From: Methanothrix sp.
Lineage (GTDB): Archaea; Halobacteriota; Methanosarcinia; Methanotrichales; Methanotrichaceae
Reading direction: 5' to 3'
Length of the DNA stretch: 17,789 bases
Assembly (NCBI GenBank): GCA_037128175.1
Contig: JBAXWY010000053.1
Coordinates: forward strand, 1-17,789
The position numbers and the translations under genes were made by a program. Of this stretch, positions 1 to 9,450 are shown one piece after another (position 1 is the stretch's first letter; each line of letters opens with the position of its first letter). The notes beneath the pieces are model-generated. The model was not told the DNA's origin, did no database searches, and worked only from the letters and a program-made list of their open reading frames with translations.

Positions 1-57
1 ATACTATATATACTTTTGCATATTAATAATTGGGCAGGTTTATAGGAATCCTCTAGC

Positions 58-750
58 ATTAGAATTATACAGGCGGCTCTTGTAATATTGGTTTTTATAG
101 GCATGATGGGAGTAGTATCCACAGAAGGCGTAAGCTATCCGAAAGATTATTTACGTTTTGAAGGTTATGTTGATTATTATAAGAACACAATAGACATGAT
201 AGGGATTATATCTAACAACTATGACGGTTACATAAGCGCGATAGAAAACGTAATGCAGCAAAATAACAATATTAGAGATTCGGCGGCACATGTTGAAAAT
301 GATGTTCTTTATATCGACATCTTAGCCTACGACAGCGGAAGAGATATGGGTCGAGATTTGACCACATTAGCCTTCGCTGGATTCGTGCAAGCAGTTAAAC
401 AGACGGACGTAAATGCTTTAGTATTTACGCGAGTGGGTGACTACGATAACTCGATCTGCACTTTCCATGCAAACAAAGTATTGGCTCAGGATGCCTTGAT
501 TAATCAAAATAACTCAACCCAAACAGCATTAGATATTGAAAAATTTTCCGACACGTCCCAGTGCAAAGCGCGGGCAACAATGACAACAGGCAATTACATA
601 GGGAATACACAAACAAGAGTGTATCACAATCCGTCATGTTTATGGGCGCAAATGATTCTGCCCGAAAATCTTATTGGGTTCTCTAGTTCTGGAGAAGCCG
701 TTTCAAATGGATATCGGCCATGTGAAAAATGCAATCCACCCACGTCTTAG
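58..750 (+). CDS. Secreted/membrane-anchored protein with C-terminal Ada-like metal (Zn)-binding domain
   Basis: C-terminus YIGNTQTRVYHNPSC...FSSSGEAVSNGYRPCEKCNP (H-x3-C...CxxC) matches the Ada metal-binding type domain. The track start is TTG 88, but the frame is open back to the TAG at 43-45, and ATT at 58 gives a complete signal peptide (M)RIIQAALVILVFIGMMGVVSTEG. Start uncertain. Confidence 0.7.
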   Translation: MRIIQAALVILVFIGMMGVVSTEGVSYPKDYLRFEGYVDYYKNTIDMIGIISNNYDGYISAIENVMQQNNNIRDSAAHVENDVLYIDILAYDSGRDMGRDLTTLAFAGFVQAVKQTDVNALVFTRVGDYDNSICTFHANKVLAQDALINQNNSTQTALDIEKFSDTSQCKARATMTTGNYIGNTQTRVYHNPSCLWAQMILPENLIGFSSSGEAVSNGYRPCEKCNPPTS

Positions 751-1154
751 CCGGCGTAATAGGTGGCTTGACTGCACTGGCCGGAGTGTGGATTGCCCAG
801 AAAAACGAAGCCCGCAAAGCACGAAGAGATGAACGTAAAAAGGCTTATTTAGAGATTATAGATCTCGTAACAAAAGCAGCTAAAACAGGTGATGCAGATT
901 CAGAAGCACTTTCCCACTGTATGATCCAAATGCAGCTACTTGGAAGCAAAAGTATTCTGATAAAAATGGCATCTATAACCCAGGAAATGCTAACAGAAAA
1001 AGATATAGCAAAACGTATGAAGACATTCGGCAAATTCGTTGAAGAGATAGTCCCTCTGATGCGCAAAGATATCCTTTTAGACAAAGATGATTTGCTTTCG
1101 GATAGCCAAAAAGCAGAGGCAAAGCAGTACTTGCAGAAAATTGGGAAGAATTAG
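729..1154 (+). CDS. Hypothetical protein, single N-terminal TM helix followed by a charged helical domain
   Basis: VLAGVIGGLTALAGVWIA followed by basic QKNEARKARRDERKKAY; 141 aa; overlaps the upstream gene by 22 nt; AT-rich. Confidence 0.7.
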   Translation: MQSTHVLAGVIGGLTALAGVWIAQKNEARKARRDERKKAYLEIIDLVTKAAKTGDADSEALSHCMIQMQLLGSKSILIKMASITQEMLTEKDIAKRMKTFGKFVEEIVPLMRKDILLDKDDLLSDSQKAEAKQYLQKIGKN

Positions 1155-1201
1155 CATAGCAAGGCCGAGAATTCTAGAACAGGAAGCTGGATGAAGTGGA
1201 G

Positions 1202-1432
1202 CTATTTTCCTATCCAGAATTCTGCAGGCCACAGCCTATTTTCTTTAGAGCCCGCATCGTCTTTCCCTGCAGCTTCAAAGCGATTCTGTATCATCTCATC
1301 CACCTCCGAGAGCCTAACCCTGAAGACCTCCGCCAGGATCTCCTTGGCCGTCTGGAGCTGCATAGCCTTTGGATTGCAATACACCACCGCCCTCTTTTGT
1401 GGCCTGATTAGCTGCTCAATTACTCCTGCCAT
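1202..1432 (-). CDS. Small hypothetical protein (76 aa)
   Basis: Likely start ATG 1432 (MAGVIEQLIRP...AKEILAEVFRVRLSEVDEMIQNRFE...LWPAEFWIGK). Amphipathic, protein-like composition. The track extension to 1486 lies in AT-rich promoter-like DNA. Confidence 0.6.
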   Translation of the reverse strand: MAGVIEQLIRPQKRAVVYCNPKAMQLQTAKEILAEVFRVRLSEVDEMIQNRFEAAGKDDAGSKENRLWPAEFWIGK

Positions 1433-1634
1433 AGTATGCCTATCATACGTGTAATGATAAGTACTTTCGCAGGAAAACAATATCAATAAACCATTTTTAC
1501 ATAATATAAAGTATGAATAAGATACAAAAGAGAGAATGATATTGAAGCAGGCCCTCGTCTATACTCTCTGAAGTCTCGATTGCCGAAAACATCAAGAAGC
1601 TGAAGGATAAGGGAGAACTTGAATAGGAGTCGCG

Positions 1635-1907
1635 ATGTTTGCGCTACAGCTATCACGCACCGCCCAAAAGGCCTTAGATAAACTTCCGTCTAACGCTACA
1701 GAGAAGATCTTCATCCATCTGGAAGAGATCAAGAGAGACCCTTACCGACCTCGCCCACTTGCGGATATTGTACCTGTCGGAGGTAGTGACACTCATTATA
1801 GGCTGAGAGTCGGAAAGATCCGAGTTGAATATGAAGTGTTAAATTCAGTAAACACTATAAAAATATCTAAAATATTTCAAAAGAAAAGAAAATCGGATTA
1901 CAGATAA
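1635..1907 (+). CDS. relE: Type II toxin-antitoxin toxin, RelE/ParE superfamily
   Basis: 90 aa, basic; N-terminal strand-helix (LQLSRTAQKALDKLP), YRLRVGKIRVEYEV core, C-terminal R-x3-YR; SD AGGAG at 1625-1629. Confidence 0.85.
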   Translation: MFALQLSRTAQKALDKLPSNATEKIFIHLEEIKRDPYRPRPLADIVPVGGSDTHYRLRVGKIRVEYEVLNSVNTIKISKIFQKKRKSDYR

Positions 1908-1939
1908 AGCGATATACTAACGAAGGAGATGATTATCCA

Positions 1940-2113
1940 ATGGCAGCTAGAAGCAAAGTCATAGTAGCGAGTGAGGATCCATTTAACGAGTTTGCAGCCC
2001 TTGATGAAGATGATGAATCAACTGCAGAAGAAATTCATGCACTCATCGAACGCGAAAAAGACGATTTCATCAGCCTTGAAGAATATGCCAAGCGGCGCGG
2101 CATAAGTCTTTGA
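1940..2113 (+). CDS. Putative antitoxin peptide 1 (57 aa, acidic)
   Basis: Hand-translated, not in ORF track: MAARSKVIVASEDPFNEFAALDEDDESTAEEIHALIEREKDDFISLEEYAKRRGISL*. SD AGGAG at 1923-1927; directly follows relE; RelB-type tail FISLEEY..RRGI. Confidence 0.75.
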   Translation: MAARSKVIVASEDPFNEFAALDEDDESTAEEIHALIEREKDDFISLEEYAKRRGISL

Positions 2114-2117
2114 GATC

Positions 2118-2237
2118 ATGCACGCAATAGATATCCTTACCGACGAAGAGTATGCCGATGCTGAATACAGGCGTTTCCTCAGAGAGAAGGACAAGTATGT
2201 AGATTTTGATGAGTTTTGCCGCCAAGAAGGAATTTAG
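2118..2237 (+). CDS. Putative antitoxin peptide 2 (39 aa, acidic), paralogue of the upstream peptide
   Basis: Hand-translated: MHAIDILTDEEYADAEYRRFLREKDKYVDFDEFCRQEGI*. Starts 4 nt after the previous stop and shares the REKD-x-[FY]-[IV]-x-[LF]-[ED]-E-[YF]-x4-GI motif. Confidence 0.6.
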   Translation: MHAIDILTDEEYADAEYRRFLREKDKYVDFDEFCRQEGI

Positions 2238-2482
2238 AAGGCGGATTTACTATTTTCATAAATCAAAGGGATTATTTTTCTGTAATGCCCCAGGATCAAC
2301 GATCTCCTTGGCCGATGGATTACCGGACACGGCAACCGTTCGCTTGAAGGCTGTGGGATAGCTGACTAAAGCAAAGATTCTAGTTGTAGGATAATTGGCC
2401 GGTACGATATAGATAATTTTGCCTATTCGTCCAGAGCCATAGCTCGTTGGCAAAGGGACAATCTGACTTAATTTGCCTCTGG

Positions 2483-2500
2483 AAAAAAGATGCGAAAAAA
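2483..2500 (-). terminator. Oligo-T terminator of the thermosome gene
   Basis: Two T6 tracts on the minus strand (A6 at 2483-2488 and 2495-2500) just past the stop at 2514. Confidence 0.55.
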
Positions 2501-2513
2501 TGGGAGCTAGGAC

Positions 2514-4157
2514 CTACTCGAAGTCCTCGCCGCCCATTCCGCCAGGCATTCCGCCCGCGCCGCCCATTCCGCCCGGTCCGCCGGACTTGGAGGCGATGAC
2601 ATCATCGATTCTCAGAATCATGATGGCGGCCTCGGCTGCCGAGTTGATGGCCTGGGTTTTAACCCTGAGCGGCTCGACAACTCCCAGCTTCAGCATGTCC
2701 ACGGGCTTACCGGTGTCCATGTCCAGACCGGCGCTCTTCATGCCCTTCTCATGCTGGCTTCTTAGTGCAACCAGGGAATCGATCTGGTCTAAGCCGGCAT
2801 TCTCTGCCAGGGTCTTGGGTATGACCTCCATGGCATTGGCAAAGGCCTCGATGGCCAGCTGCTCGCGTCCACCCACTGTGGAAGCATAAGCTCGGAGCCT
2901 CAGAGCCAGCTCTACCTCAGGTGCGCCGCCGCCGGCAACAAGGAGCTTGTCCTGTACAGCCACGCCAACAACGCGAAGTGCGTCCTCCATGGCCCGGTCC
3001 AGCTCATCGACCACGTGTTCAGTTCCGCCCCGCAGAATGATGGATACTGACTTGGGGTTCTTGCAATCTTCCACAAAGGTCATCTTCTCATCAGAGACCT
3101 TCCTCTCCTCTACCAGACCTGCCTTGCCCAGGTCTTCCTTGGAGATCTCGTGGATGCTGGTGACGACCCTGCCGCCTGTGGCACGTGCCAGCTTCTCCAT
3201 GTCACTCTTCTTAATCCTGCGCACGGTGTAGATACCGGCCTTGGCCAGGAAATGCTGGGCCAGATCATCGATGCCCTTCTGGACGAACAGTACATTGGCG
3301 CCAGTGGCAGCGATCCTATCGACCATGCCCTTGAGCATGTTCTCCTCTTGATCCAGAAAAGCCTGCAGCTGATCCGGGGAGGTGATCTGAATCTTGGCAT
3401 CAACCTCTGTCTTCTCGATCTCCACAGCAGCATTCAGGAGAGCGATCCTGGCATCGGCGACGGACTTGGGCATATTGGGGTGAAGCCGGTCCTTGTCGAT
3501 GACCACTCCGCTTACCAGCATGGAGTCGGTGATTCCGCCCCCGACCTTCTTCTCCACGGTGATGTTGTCGGTGTCGACAGTCCCATCCTCGTCCACTACC
3601 GACTGGACAGCTTGAACCGCCATGGCAGCCAGCTCATCGCGAGCCGATTGAGAGCCCTTGCCGGTCATGGCAGTGACGGCGATCTTCCTGAGAAGATCTT
3701 CATCTTTTGCTGAGACCTTTATGGCTAAGCCTTTGAGAATCTCCATTGACTTGTCTGCCGCAGCTCTGTAGCCTGCCGCAATTACAGTAGGATGAATCTC
3801 TTGCTCCAGCAGTTCTTCGGCTTGCTTAAGCAATTCTCCGGCCAGCACAACGGCTGTGGTCGTGCCATCCCCGACTTCCTGGTCCTGGGTCTTGGCAATC
3901 TCCACCATCATCTTGGCGGCGGGATGCTCGATATCCATCTCTTTAAGAATGGTGACGCCATCATTGGTGATCACAACGTCGCCCATGGTGTCTACCAGCA
4001 TTTTGTCCATGCCCTTGGGGCCGAGAGTGGTCCTAACTGCGCCGGCAACGGCCTTGGCTGCCATGATGTTCGATCTCTGTGCGTCTCTTCCAGCAGTCCT
4101 CTGACTGCCTTCCCTAAGAATGTAAATAGGTGTGCCACTACCGAATTGTCCAGCCAT
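2514..4157 (-). CDS. thsA: Thermosome subunit (group II chaperonin)
   Basis: [33 protein letters not shown] and ILRIDDVI motifs; GGM-repeat C-terminal tail; 547 aa. The alpha/beta assignment is tentative. Confidence 0.97.
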   Translation of the reverse strand: MAGQFGSGTPIYILREGSQRTAGRDAQRSNIMAAKAVAGAVRTTLGPKGMDKMLVDTMGDVVITNDGVTILKEMDIEHPAAKMMVEIAKTQDQEVGDGTTTAVVLAGELLKQAEELLEQEIHPTVIAAGYRAAADKSMEILKGLAIKVSAKDEDLLRKIAVTAMTGKGSQSARDELAAMAVQAVQSVVDEDGTVDTDNITVEKKVGGGITDSMLVSGVVIDKDRLHPNMPKSVADARIALLNAAVEIEKTEVDAKIQITSPDQLQAFLDQEENMLKGMVDRIAATGANVLFVQKGIDDLAQHFLAKAGIYTVRRIKKSDMEKLARATGGRVVTSIHEISKEDLGKAGLVEERKVSDEKMTFVEDCKNPKSVSIILRGGTEHVVDELDRAMEDALRVVGVAVQDKLLVAGGGAPEVELALRLRAYASTVGGREQLAIEAFANAMEVIPKTLAENAGLDQIDSLVALRSQHEKGMKSAGLDMDTGKPVDMLKLGVVEPLRVKTQAINSAAEAAIMILRIDDVIASKSGGPGGMGGAGGMPGGMGGEDFE

Positions 4158-4208
4158 TAATTAACCTCAACAAATACTAATTTAACAGCTGGATGTTGTT
4201 TGAACTTC

Positions 4209-4216
4209 TATATAAA
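4209..4216 (-). promoter_or_regulatory. TATA box of the thermosome gene
   Basis: Consensus TTTATATA on the minus strand about 52 nt upstream of the ATG; SD-like GAGGT at about 4165-4169. Confidence 0.7.
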
Positions 4217-4218
4217 GC

Positions 4219-5370
4219 CTATTCAAACAGCATCACTTCCACCGTCTCTCCCTCCTCTATCCCCTCCCGTTCCTCGGCCACCAGCACGAAGCCGTCTGCT
4301 CTAGCCACGGAGCTGAGGATGCCTGCCCCTGATATCATGATGGGCTCGGCCTCGCCATCCTTGAGGGCCACTCTGACCATACTCAAATAGCCTGGTCGCG
4401 AGGGGATCTTTCTTGCCAGCCTTGCCAAGACTTTCGGTTGAAGGTCAGAGCGGTGCGCCATCTTTTGCAGGGCCGGCCGCACGAAAAGATAGAGATCAGA
4501 GAGCGCTGCCACTGGATAGCCGGGCAGGCAGACCACGATCTTGCCGGCCACGACACCAAAGGCGGTAGGCTTTCCCGGCTGCAGGCGCACTCCGTGCACA
4601 AAAAGCTCGCCCATCTCTTCCAGTACGCGCGGCGCATAGTCCTTCTCACCCACGGAGGTTCCGCCGATTATTATGATCATATCCGCATCTATGTTATTTG
4701 AGATGGCCTCGCGAATGAGTTCTTCATCATCGGGTACAATCTCTCTTTTCTCGGCCAGAGCTCCCCATTTTTCTGCATAAAGCCGGGCCATGAGCCCGTT
4801 GATCTCGTATGCTTCGCCAGAGGCAAGAGCGCGCGCGCCGATGGCCACCAATTCTCCTCCCGTGGGGATGATGACCACCTTCGGCTTTTCATAAACTCGC
4901 ACCTCGTCAATTCCCAGCGCCGACAGCATTGCCACATCCGGGGGCCGAAGGGTGTGGCCCTCGGAAAAAACCGCTTCGCCAACGCTGATGTCCTCGCCAA
5001 TGCGAGATACATTCTTGTAGGCGTAGAGCTGCGTCGTGATCTCCAAATTCGTGTCACGCTTCCTGGTATCCTCCAGCATCACCACGGCATCATAACTCCC
5101 TGGAACGGGCATGCCGGTGCGTACGGGCCGGAAATTATCCAGAAAAACGGGAGCATTGGGCTTTGCGCCCCTTGTGTCCAGGGATCGCACGGCAAAGCCG
5201 TCCATGGCGGCCCGGTCAAAGCCCGGCAGGTTCACGGGAGAGGAGATGTCCTGTGACAAAACCCGACCTGTTGCCTGCACGCTTTGCAGGAGCTCGGTCC
5301 GTTCTAAGGGCAAGCAGCGAAGGAGAAGCATCTCTTTTGCCGCTGCTGCCCCGCGAAAACGTTTAAACAT
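4219..5370 (-). CDS. moeA: Molybdopterin molybdotransferase MoeA
   Basis: PGFDRAAMDGFAV, DAVVMLED, IPTGGEL, GGTSVGEKDY, PGKPT and LPGYPVA motifs; 383 aa. Confidence 0.95.
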   Translation of the reverse strand: MFKRFRGAAAAKEMLLLRCLPLERTELLQSVQATGRVLSQDISSPVNLPGFDRAAMDGFAVRSLDTRGAKPNAPVFLDNFRPVRTGMPVPGSYDAVVMLEDTRKRDTNLEITTQLYAYKNVSRIGEDISVGEAVFSEGHTLRPPDVAMLSALGIDEVRVYEKPKVVIIPTGGELVAIGARALASGEAYEINGLMARLYAEKWGALAEKREIVPDDEELIREAISNNIDADMIIIIGGTSVGEKDYAPRVLEEMGELFVHGVRLQPGKPTAFGVVAGKIVVCLPGYPVAALSDLYLFVRPALQKMAHRSDLQPKVLARLARKIPSRPGYLSMVRVALKDGEAEPIMISGAGILSSVARADGFVLVAEEREGIEEGETVEVMLFE

Positions 5371-5389
5371 GCAAATATTGTGTCAGCCC

Positions 5390-5450
5390 TTTCCTGGATA
5401 TATGCTTTTGTATATATTCTGTATATCGTGTGAAAGCTTCATATAATGTA
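5390..5450. promoter_or_regulatory. Divergent promoter region for moeA / ppsA
   Basis: AT-rich intergenic stretch with TATA-like elements, e.g. GAAAGCTTCATATAATG at about 5432-5448 on + and TATATA at about 5411-5416. Confidence 0.45.
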
Positions 5451-5503
5451 AAGAGGGAGAGGAGGGCAGATACTGAAGATATCGTGAAGAATCATGACGG
5501 TGG

Positions 5504-7795
5504 ATGGATGATTTAATGGACGCTGTTGTATGGCTGGAAGAAGTAGGAAAGAATGATCTTTCCGTAGTGGGCGGCAAGGGTGCAAGCCTGGGTGAGATGA
5601 TAAATATCGGCGTTCCCGTACCTGGCGGATTTGCGGTCACGGCTCAAGCTTTCCGGGATTTCATCAACCGGGCGGGCATCGCCAAGAAGCTTTTCGAGGC
5701 CCTCAAAGTCGATGTGAATCAAGAGTCTGAGCTGCACCGGGCCGAGGAGACGGCCAAGAAGCTCATCATGGATGCAAAGGTGCCCGATGACATCGAAAAG
5801 GCCATAAAATCCCGCTATGAGGAGCTATGCAAGCGCGAGGGCGAGCAGGTCTTCGTGGCCGTGCGGTCCAGCGCCACAGCCGAGGATCTGCCCGATGCCA
5901 GTTTCGCAGGCCAGCAGGAGACATTCCTCAACATGCGCGGAGCCGAGGATGTCTTCAACGCCGTTCGCAAGTGCTGGGCATCTCTATATGGGGCACGCGC
6001 CATCTTCTACCGGGTGGAGCAGGGCTTCGAGCATGATAAGGTCAACCTCTCCGCCATTGTGCAAAAAATGGTGGACTCCGAAAAGTCGGGTGTCATGTTC
6101 AGCTCAGATCCCTCCACAGGCGAAGCACTGGTGGTCTTAGAAGGCGCCTGGGGCCTGGGTGAATCCGTAGTTAGCGGCAGCGTCTCTCCCGATAACTTCG
6201 TTGTGGACAGAAAGACCAAGAACATCCTAAGCAAGTACATCGCCACCAAGGAGATCATGATTATCAGGGATCCTAAGACCCAGAAGACGGTCACGATCAA
6301 GGTCCCGGATGAGAAGAAAGAGGCCATCGTTCTCACAGACAACGAGGCAATTGAACTCGCCAAATATGCCGAGATCCTGGAGAAGCACTACGGCATTCCC
6401 CAGGATATCGAGTGGGGCATAGAGAAGGACAAGATCTACATCCTCCAGTCCCGCCCCATCACCACCATCAATAACGCCAGAAAGGTAGAGCCTGCGCTCG
6501 CCGCCAGCGGCAAGGTTCTGTTAACGGGCCTTGGAGCCGCACCGGGTGGAGCCACAGGCATTGTACGACTGATTGCCAGCGGCAGAGAGCTGGATAAGGT
6601 CAAGCCGGGAGACATCATGGTCACCAAGATGACCATGCCGGACATGGTTCCGGGCATGAGGCGTGCCGGAGCTATTGTCACCGACGAAGGAGGCATGGCC
6701 TGCCACGCAGCCATCGTGAGCCGCGAGCTGGGCTGCCCGGCTGTGGTGGGAACTAAGAAAGCCACAACGATCCTGAAAGAAGGCATGGAGATCACAGTAG
6801 ATGGCAGCAAGGGCATTGTTTACGAAGGTCGCTTGGCCCTGGCAGCGTCTGCCAAGCCGGCGTCCGCAGCTAGCGGGGGGGGTGTGGTCTTTACTAAACC
6901 CATTACAGCAACAGAGATCAAGGTCAATGTCAGCGAGCCGGACAGAGCGGAGGCAGCAGCGGCCACAATGGCTGATGGCGTGGGCCTTTTAAGAATCGAG
7001 CACATGATCCTGGGCCAGGGCAAGACACCCAACTGGTACATCAAGAACGGCAAGACCGAGGAGTACATCAACGAGTTGGTCAAGGGCATCAAAGTGGTGG
7101 CCGATGCCTTCTACCCCAAACCGGTGTGGGTTCGCACCCTGGATGCGCCCACAGACGAGTTCCGGGCCATGGAAGGCGGCGAGGGCGAACCTCACGAGCA
7201 CAATCCCATGCTCGGCTGGCGCGGCATTCGGCGCGACCTGACAGAGACGGATCACTTCCGCCTGGAGATAAGGGCTTTTAAGAAGCTGCATGAAATGGGC
7301 CTTACCAACGTGGGCATCATGCTGCCCATGGTACAGCACGTTCGCGAGTTTCAGAAGGCCAAGGCCATCATGGTTGATGAAGACTTAGACCTGGAGAAGA
7401 TCGATGTAGGCATCATGGTGGAGACGCCCGGCGCCGCGCTCACCATTGAAGACTTCATTGAGGACGGAATCGACTTTGTCTCATTCGGCACCAATGATCT
7501 GACTCAGTACACCCTGGCGGTAGACCGCAACAACGAGAACGTGGCAGAACTGTATTCTGAACTGCATCCCGCCATCCTCAAGCTCATCGAGTACGTGGTG
7601 GAGCGCTGTAATGTTGCAGGAGTCAAGACCTCCATCTGCGGCCAGGCCGGATCGTACCCGGAGATGGCCAAGAGGCTGGTTGAGATCGGCATTACCAGCA
7701 TATCGGCCAATATCGATGCCGTGGCCACGGTCCGGGAGACAGTGGCCAGATCTGAGAAGATCCTTATGCTCAATGCCCTGAGAAACAGGAAATAA
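5504..7795 (+). CDS. ppsA: Phosphoenolpyruvate synthase (pyruvate, water dikinase)
   Basis: VGGKGASLGEM, AVRSSATAEDLPDASFAGQQETF, LQSRPIT, phospho-His motif GGMACHAAIVSRELG, EHNPMLGWRG, SFGTNDLTQYTL, SICGQA. The start may be ATG 5516. Confidence 0.97.
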   Translation: MDDLMDAVVWLEEVGKNDLSVVGGKGASLGEMINIGVPVPGGFAVTAQAFRDFINRAGIAKKLFEALKVDVNQESELHRAEETAKKLIMDAKVPDDIEKAIKSRYEELCKREGEQVFVAVRSSATAEDLPDASFAGQQETFLNMRGAEDVFNAVRKCWASLYGARAIFYRVEQGFEHDKVNLSAIVQKMVDSEKSGVMFSSDPSTGEALVVLEGAWGLGESVVSGSVSPDNFVVDRKTKNILSKYIATKEIMIIRDPKTQKTVTIKVPDEKKEAIVLTDNEAIELAKYAEILEKHYGIPQDIEWGIEKDKIYILQSRPITTINNARKVEPALAASGKVLLTGLGAAPGGATGIVRLIASGRELDKVKPGDIMVTKMTMPDMVPGMRRAGAIVTDEGGMACHAAIVSRELGCPAVVGTKKATTILKEGMEITVDGSKGIVYEGRLALAASAKPASAASGGGVVFTKPITATEIKVNVSEPDRAEAAAATMADGVGLLRIEHMILGQGKTPNWYIKNGKTEEYINELVKGIKVVADAFYPKPVWVRTLDAPTDEFRAMEGGEGEPHEHNPMLGWRGIRRDLTETDHFRLEIRAFKKLHEMGLTNVGIMLPMVQHVREFQKAKAIMVDEDLDLEKIDVGIMVETPGAALTIEDFIEDGIDFVSFGTNDLTQYTLAVDRNNENVAELYSELHPAILKLIEYVVERCNVAGVKTSICGQAGSYPEMAKRLVEIGITSISANIDAVATVRETVARSEKILMLNALRNRK

Positions 7796-7821
7796 GCTAA
7801 AAGGAAATGGGGACAAAATAA

Positions 7822-8952
7822 ATGAGAGACAAAGCTCTTCCCGAAGATGAGGTAATGCGCATCCTGGCGGAAACGAGAGCGCGTGACTACAGTTATGATC
7901 GCTTCTTATCCACTATGTGCACCCTGCCCCACCCAATTGCGGTAAGGGCTCACAACATGTTCCTGGAGACTAACCTTGGCGACCCGGGATTGTTTCCGGG
8001 CGTCTCTGAACTGGAGGAGCGCGTCGTTCAGATGCTGGGCGAGATGCTGGGCTGTCCGGACGCCTCGGGATATGTTTCCACGGGCGGCACGGAGTCCAAC
8101 ATTCAGGCCATCCGGGCGGCCAGGAATGAGGCGGGCAGAAAAGACGGCAATATTGTCGTTCCCGCCTCGGCACACTTCTCTTTCGACAAGATCGGAGATC
8201 TTCTCTGTCTGGAAGTAAGAAAGGCAAAGCTTGATGAGAATCTCAAGGTTGACTTATCATCGGTCGAGTCTCTGCTGGACGAGAGAACCGTAGCCCTGGT
8301 GGGCATAGCCGGGACAACCGAGTTCGGCCAGGTGGACCCCATTGAGCAGTTGGCCAAAATGGCCGTGGAGCGGGGCATTCACCTGCATGTGGATGCTGCC
8401 TTTGGCGGCTTTGTCCTGCCCTTCCTGGATAGAAAATTTTCCTGGGATTTTTCGGTGCCGGGCGTATCTTCCATTACCATCGATCCGCATAAGATGGGCA
8501 TGAGCACCATTCCTGCCGGCGGCCTGCTCTTCCGCGGGCAAGAGTGCTTGAGTGCCCTGGAGACGGAGACCCATTATCTTACCCGAGCCAGACAGGCATC
8601 TCTAACCGGCACGAGAAGCGGAGCTGCAGCCGCGGCCACTTACGCCGTGATGATGCATCTGGGCCGGGAAGGCTTCAAGGAAATCGTTGACTACTGCATG
8701 AATCTGACCCATCATCTGGTAAAAGGCGCAAGAGAAATTGGAATCGAGCCGGCGATCGAGCCCATCATGAATGTGGTGGCATTAATGGTTCCCTCTCCAG
8801 CACAAGTACGCGAGGAGCTGATGAAGCGAGGCTGGCATGTCTCCATGACCCGCGAGCCCAACAGAGCCCTGCGGCTGATCCTGATGAAGCATATGACACG
8901 AGAGAACATTGATCTGTTTCTGGATGATTTGAAGATCATCCTGACCACATGA
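7822..8952 (+). CDS. mfnA: L-tyrosine/L-aspartate decarboxylase MfnA (PLP-dependent, group II)
   Basis: TMCTLPHP, FLETNLGDPGLFPG, GGTESN, HVDAAFGG, PLP-lysine DPHK and LTGTRSG; typical of archaeal MfnA. Confidence 0.93.
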   Translation: MRDKALPEDEVMRILAETRARDYSYDRFLSTMCTLPHPIAVRAHNMFLETNLGDPGLFPGVSELEERVVQMLGEMLGCPDASGYVSTGGTESNIQAIRAARNEAGRKDGNIVVPASAHFSFDKIGDLLCLEVRKAKLDENLKVDLSSVESLLDERTVALVGIAGTTEFGQVDPIEQLAKMAVERGIHLHVDAAFGGFVLPFLDRKFSWDFSVPGVSSITIDPHKMGMSTIPAGGLLFRGQECLSALETETHYLTRARQASLTGTRSGAAAAATYAVMMHLGREGFKEIVDYCMNLTHHLVKGAREIGIEPAIEPIMNVVALMVPSPAQVREELMKRGWHVSMTREPNRALRLILMKHMTRENIDLFLDDLKIILTT

Positions 8953-9026
8953 TTATAATAAAATCAAACAAATATTTGGTCGGGTTCTGAGAACCTTCGA
9001 CCTCATTTGTCCTGAATCAGGTAAAT

Positions 9027-9248
9027 TCAAACTTTATGACCAATGGCAAAACGTCTCATTACCTTATCGATCTGGATCTTGACTGCGTCTCCTACTTTGG
9101 TATCGGCCACGAAGATCACAAAACCTTCCAATCGGGCAATGCCGTCGCCTTCCCTGGCAATGTCCTCAATATTAACATCGTACTCTTTTCCGACCTCTAC
9201 AGGGGCAGGAGTGCCCATGGAGGATCGATCTGCATCGTAATTTGCCAA
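9027..9248 (-). CDS. Single-domain TRAM protein (RNA chaperone / cold-responsive type)
   Basis: [33 protein letters not shown]...VMRRFAIG; TTG start with GGTGA SD at 9255-9259. Confidence 0.93.
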   Translation of the reverse strand: MANYDADRSSMGTPAPVEVGKEYDVNIEDIAREGDGIARLEGFVIFVADTKVGDAVKIQIDKVMRRFAIGHKV

Positions 9249-9450
9249 AACACATCACCGTCCTTAGAAAAGCAATCAAATTTTATGGCCGATGGCGAAG
9301 CGCCTCATTACCTTATCGATCTGGATCTTGACTGCGTCGCCTACTTTGGTATCAGCTACGAAGATCACAAAACCTTCTACTCGGGCAATGCCGTCGCCTT
9401 CCCGGGCAATGTCCTCAATATTGACCTCGTACTCTTTTCCAACTTCTATT
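9027..9450. repeat. Tandem duplication of the TRAM coding core (period 249 bp)
   Basis: 9027-~9200 aligns ungapped to 9276-~9449, including a 35-nt identical block (9055-9089 = 9304-9338). Confidence 0.9.

Noticed and set aside
1513-1626. Possible upstream antitoxin or recoded ORF ending ...ENIKKLKDKGELE*
   Set aside because: Two in-frame TGA codons (1537, 1543) and no later start; at most a gene remnant, with no evidence for selenocysteine readthrough.
1337-2314. 14-bp direct repeat GATCTCCTTGGCCG at 1337-1350 and 2301-2314 bracketing the TA module
   Set aside because: One copy lies inside an intact gene, no recombinase is present, and a 14-mer match is not unexpected by chance in a window this size.
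2256-2453. 65-aa minus-strand ORF
   Set aside because: TTG start without SD, no recognisable motif, and located just past the thermosome terminator.
6875-6882. G8 run in ppsA (and A9 run at 15000-15008 in the TPR gene) as phase-variation tracts
   Set aside because: Short, in frame, and explained by Gly-Gly-Gly and Glu-Lys-Lys-Ile codons.
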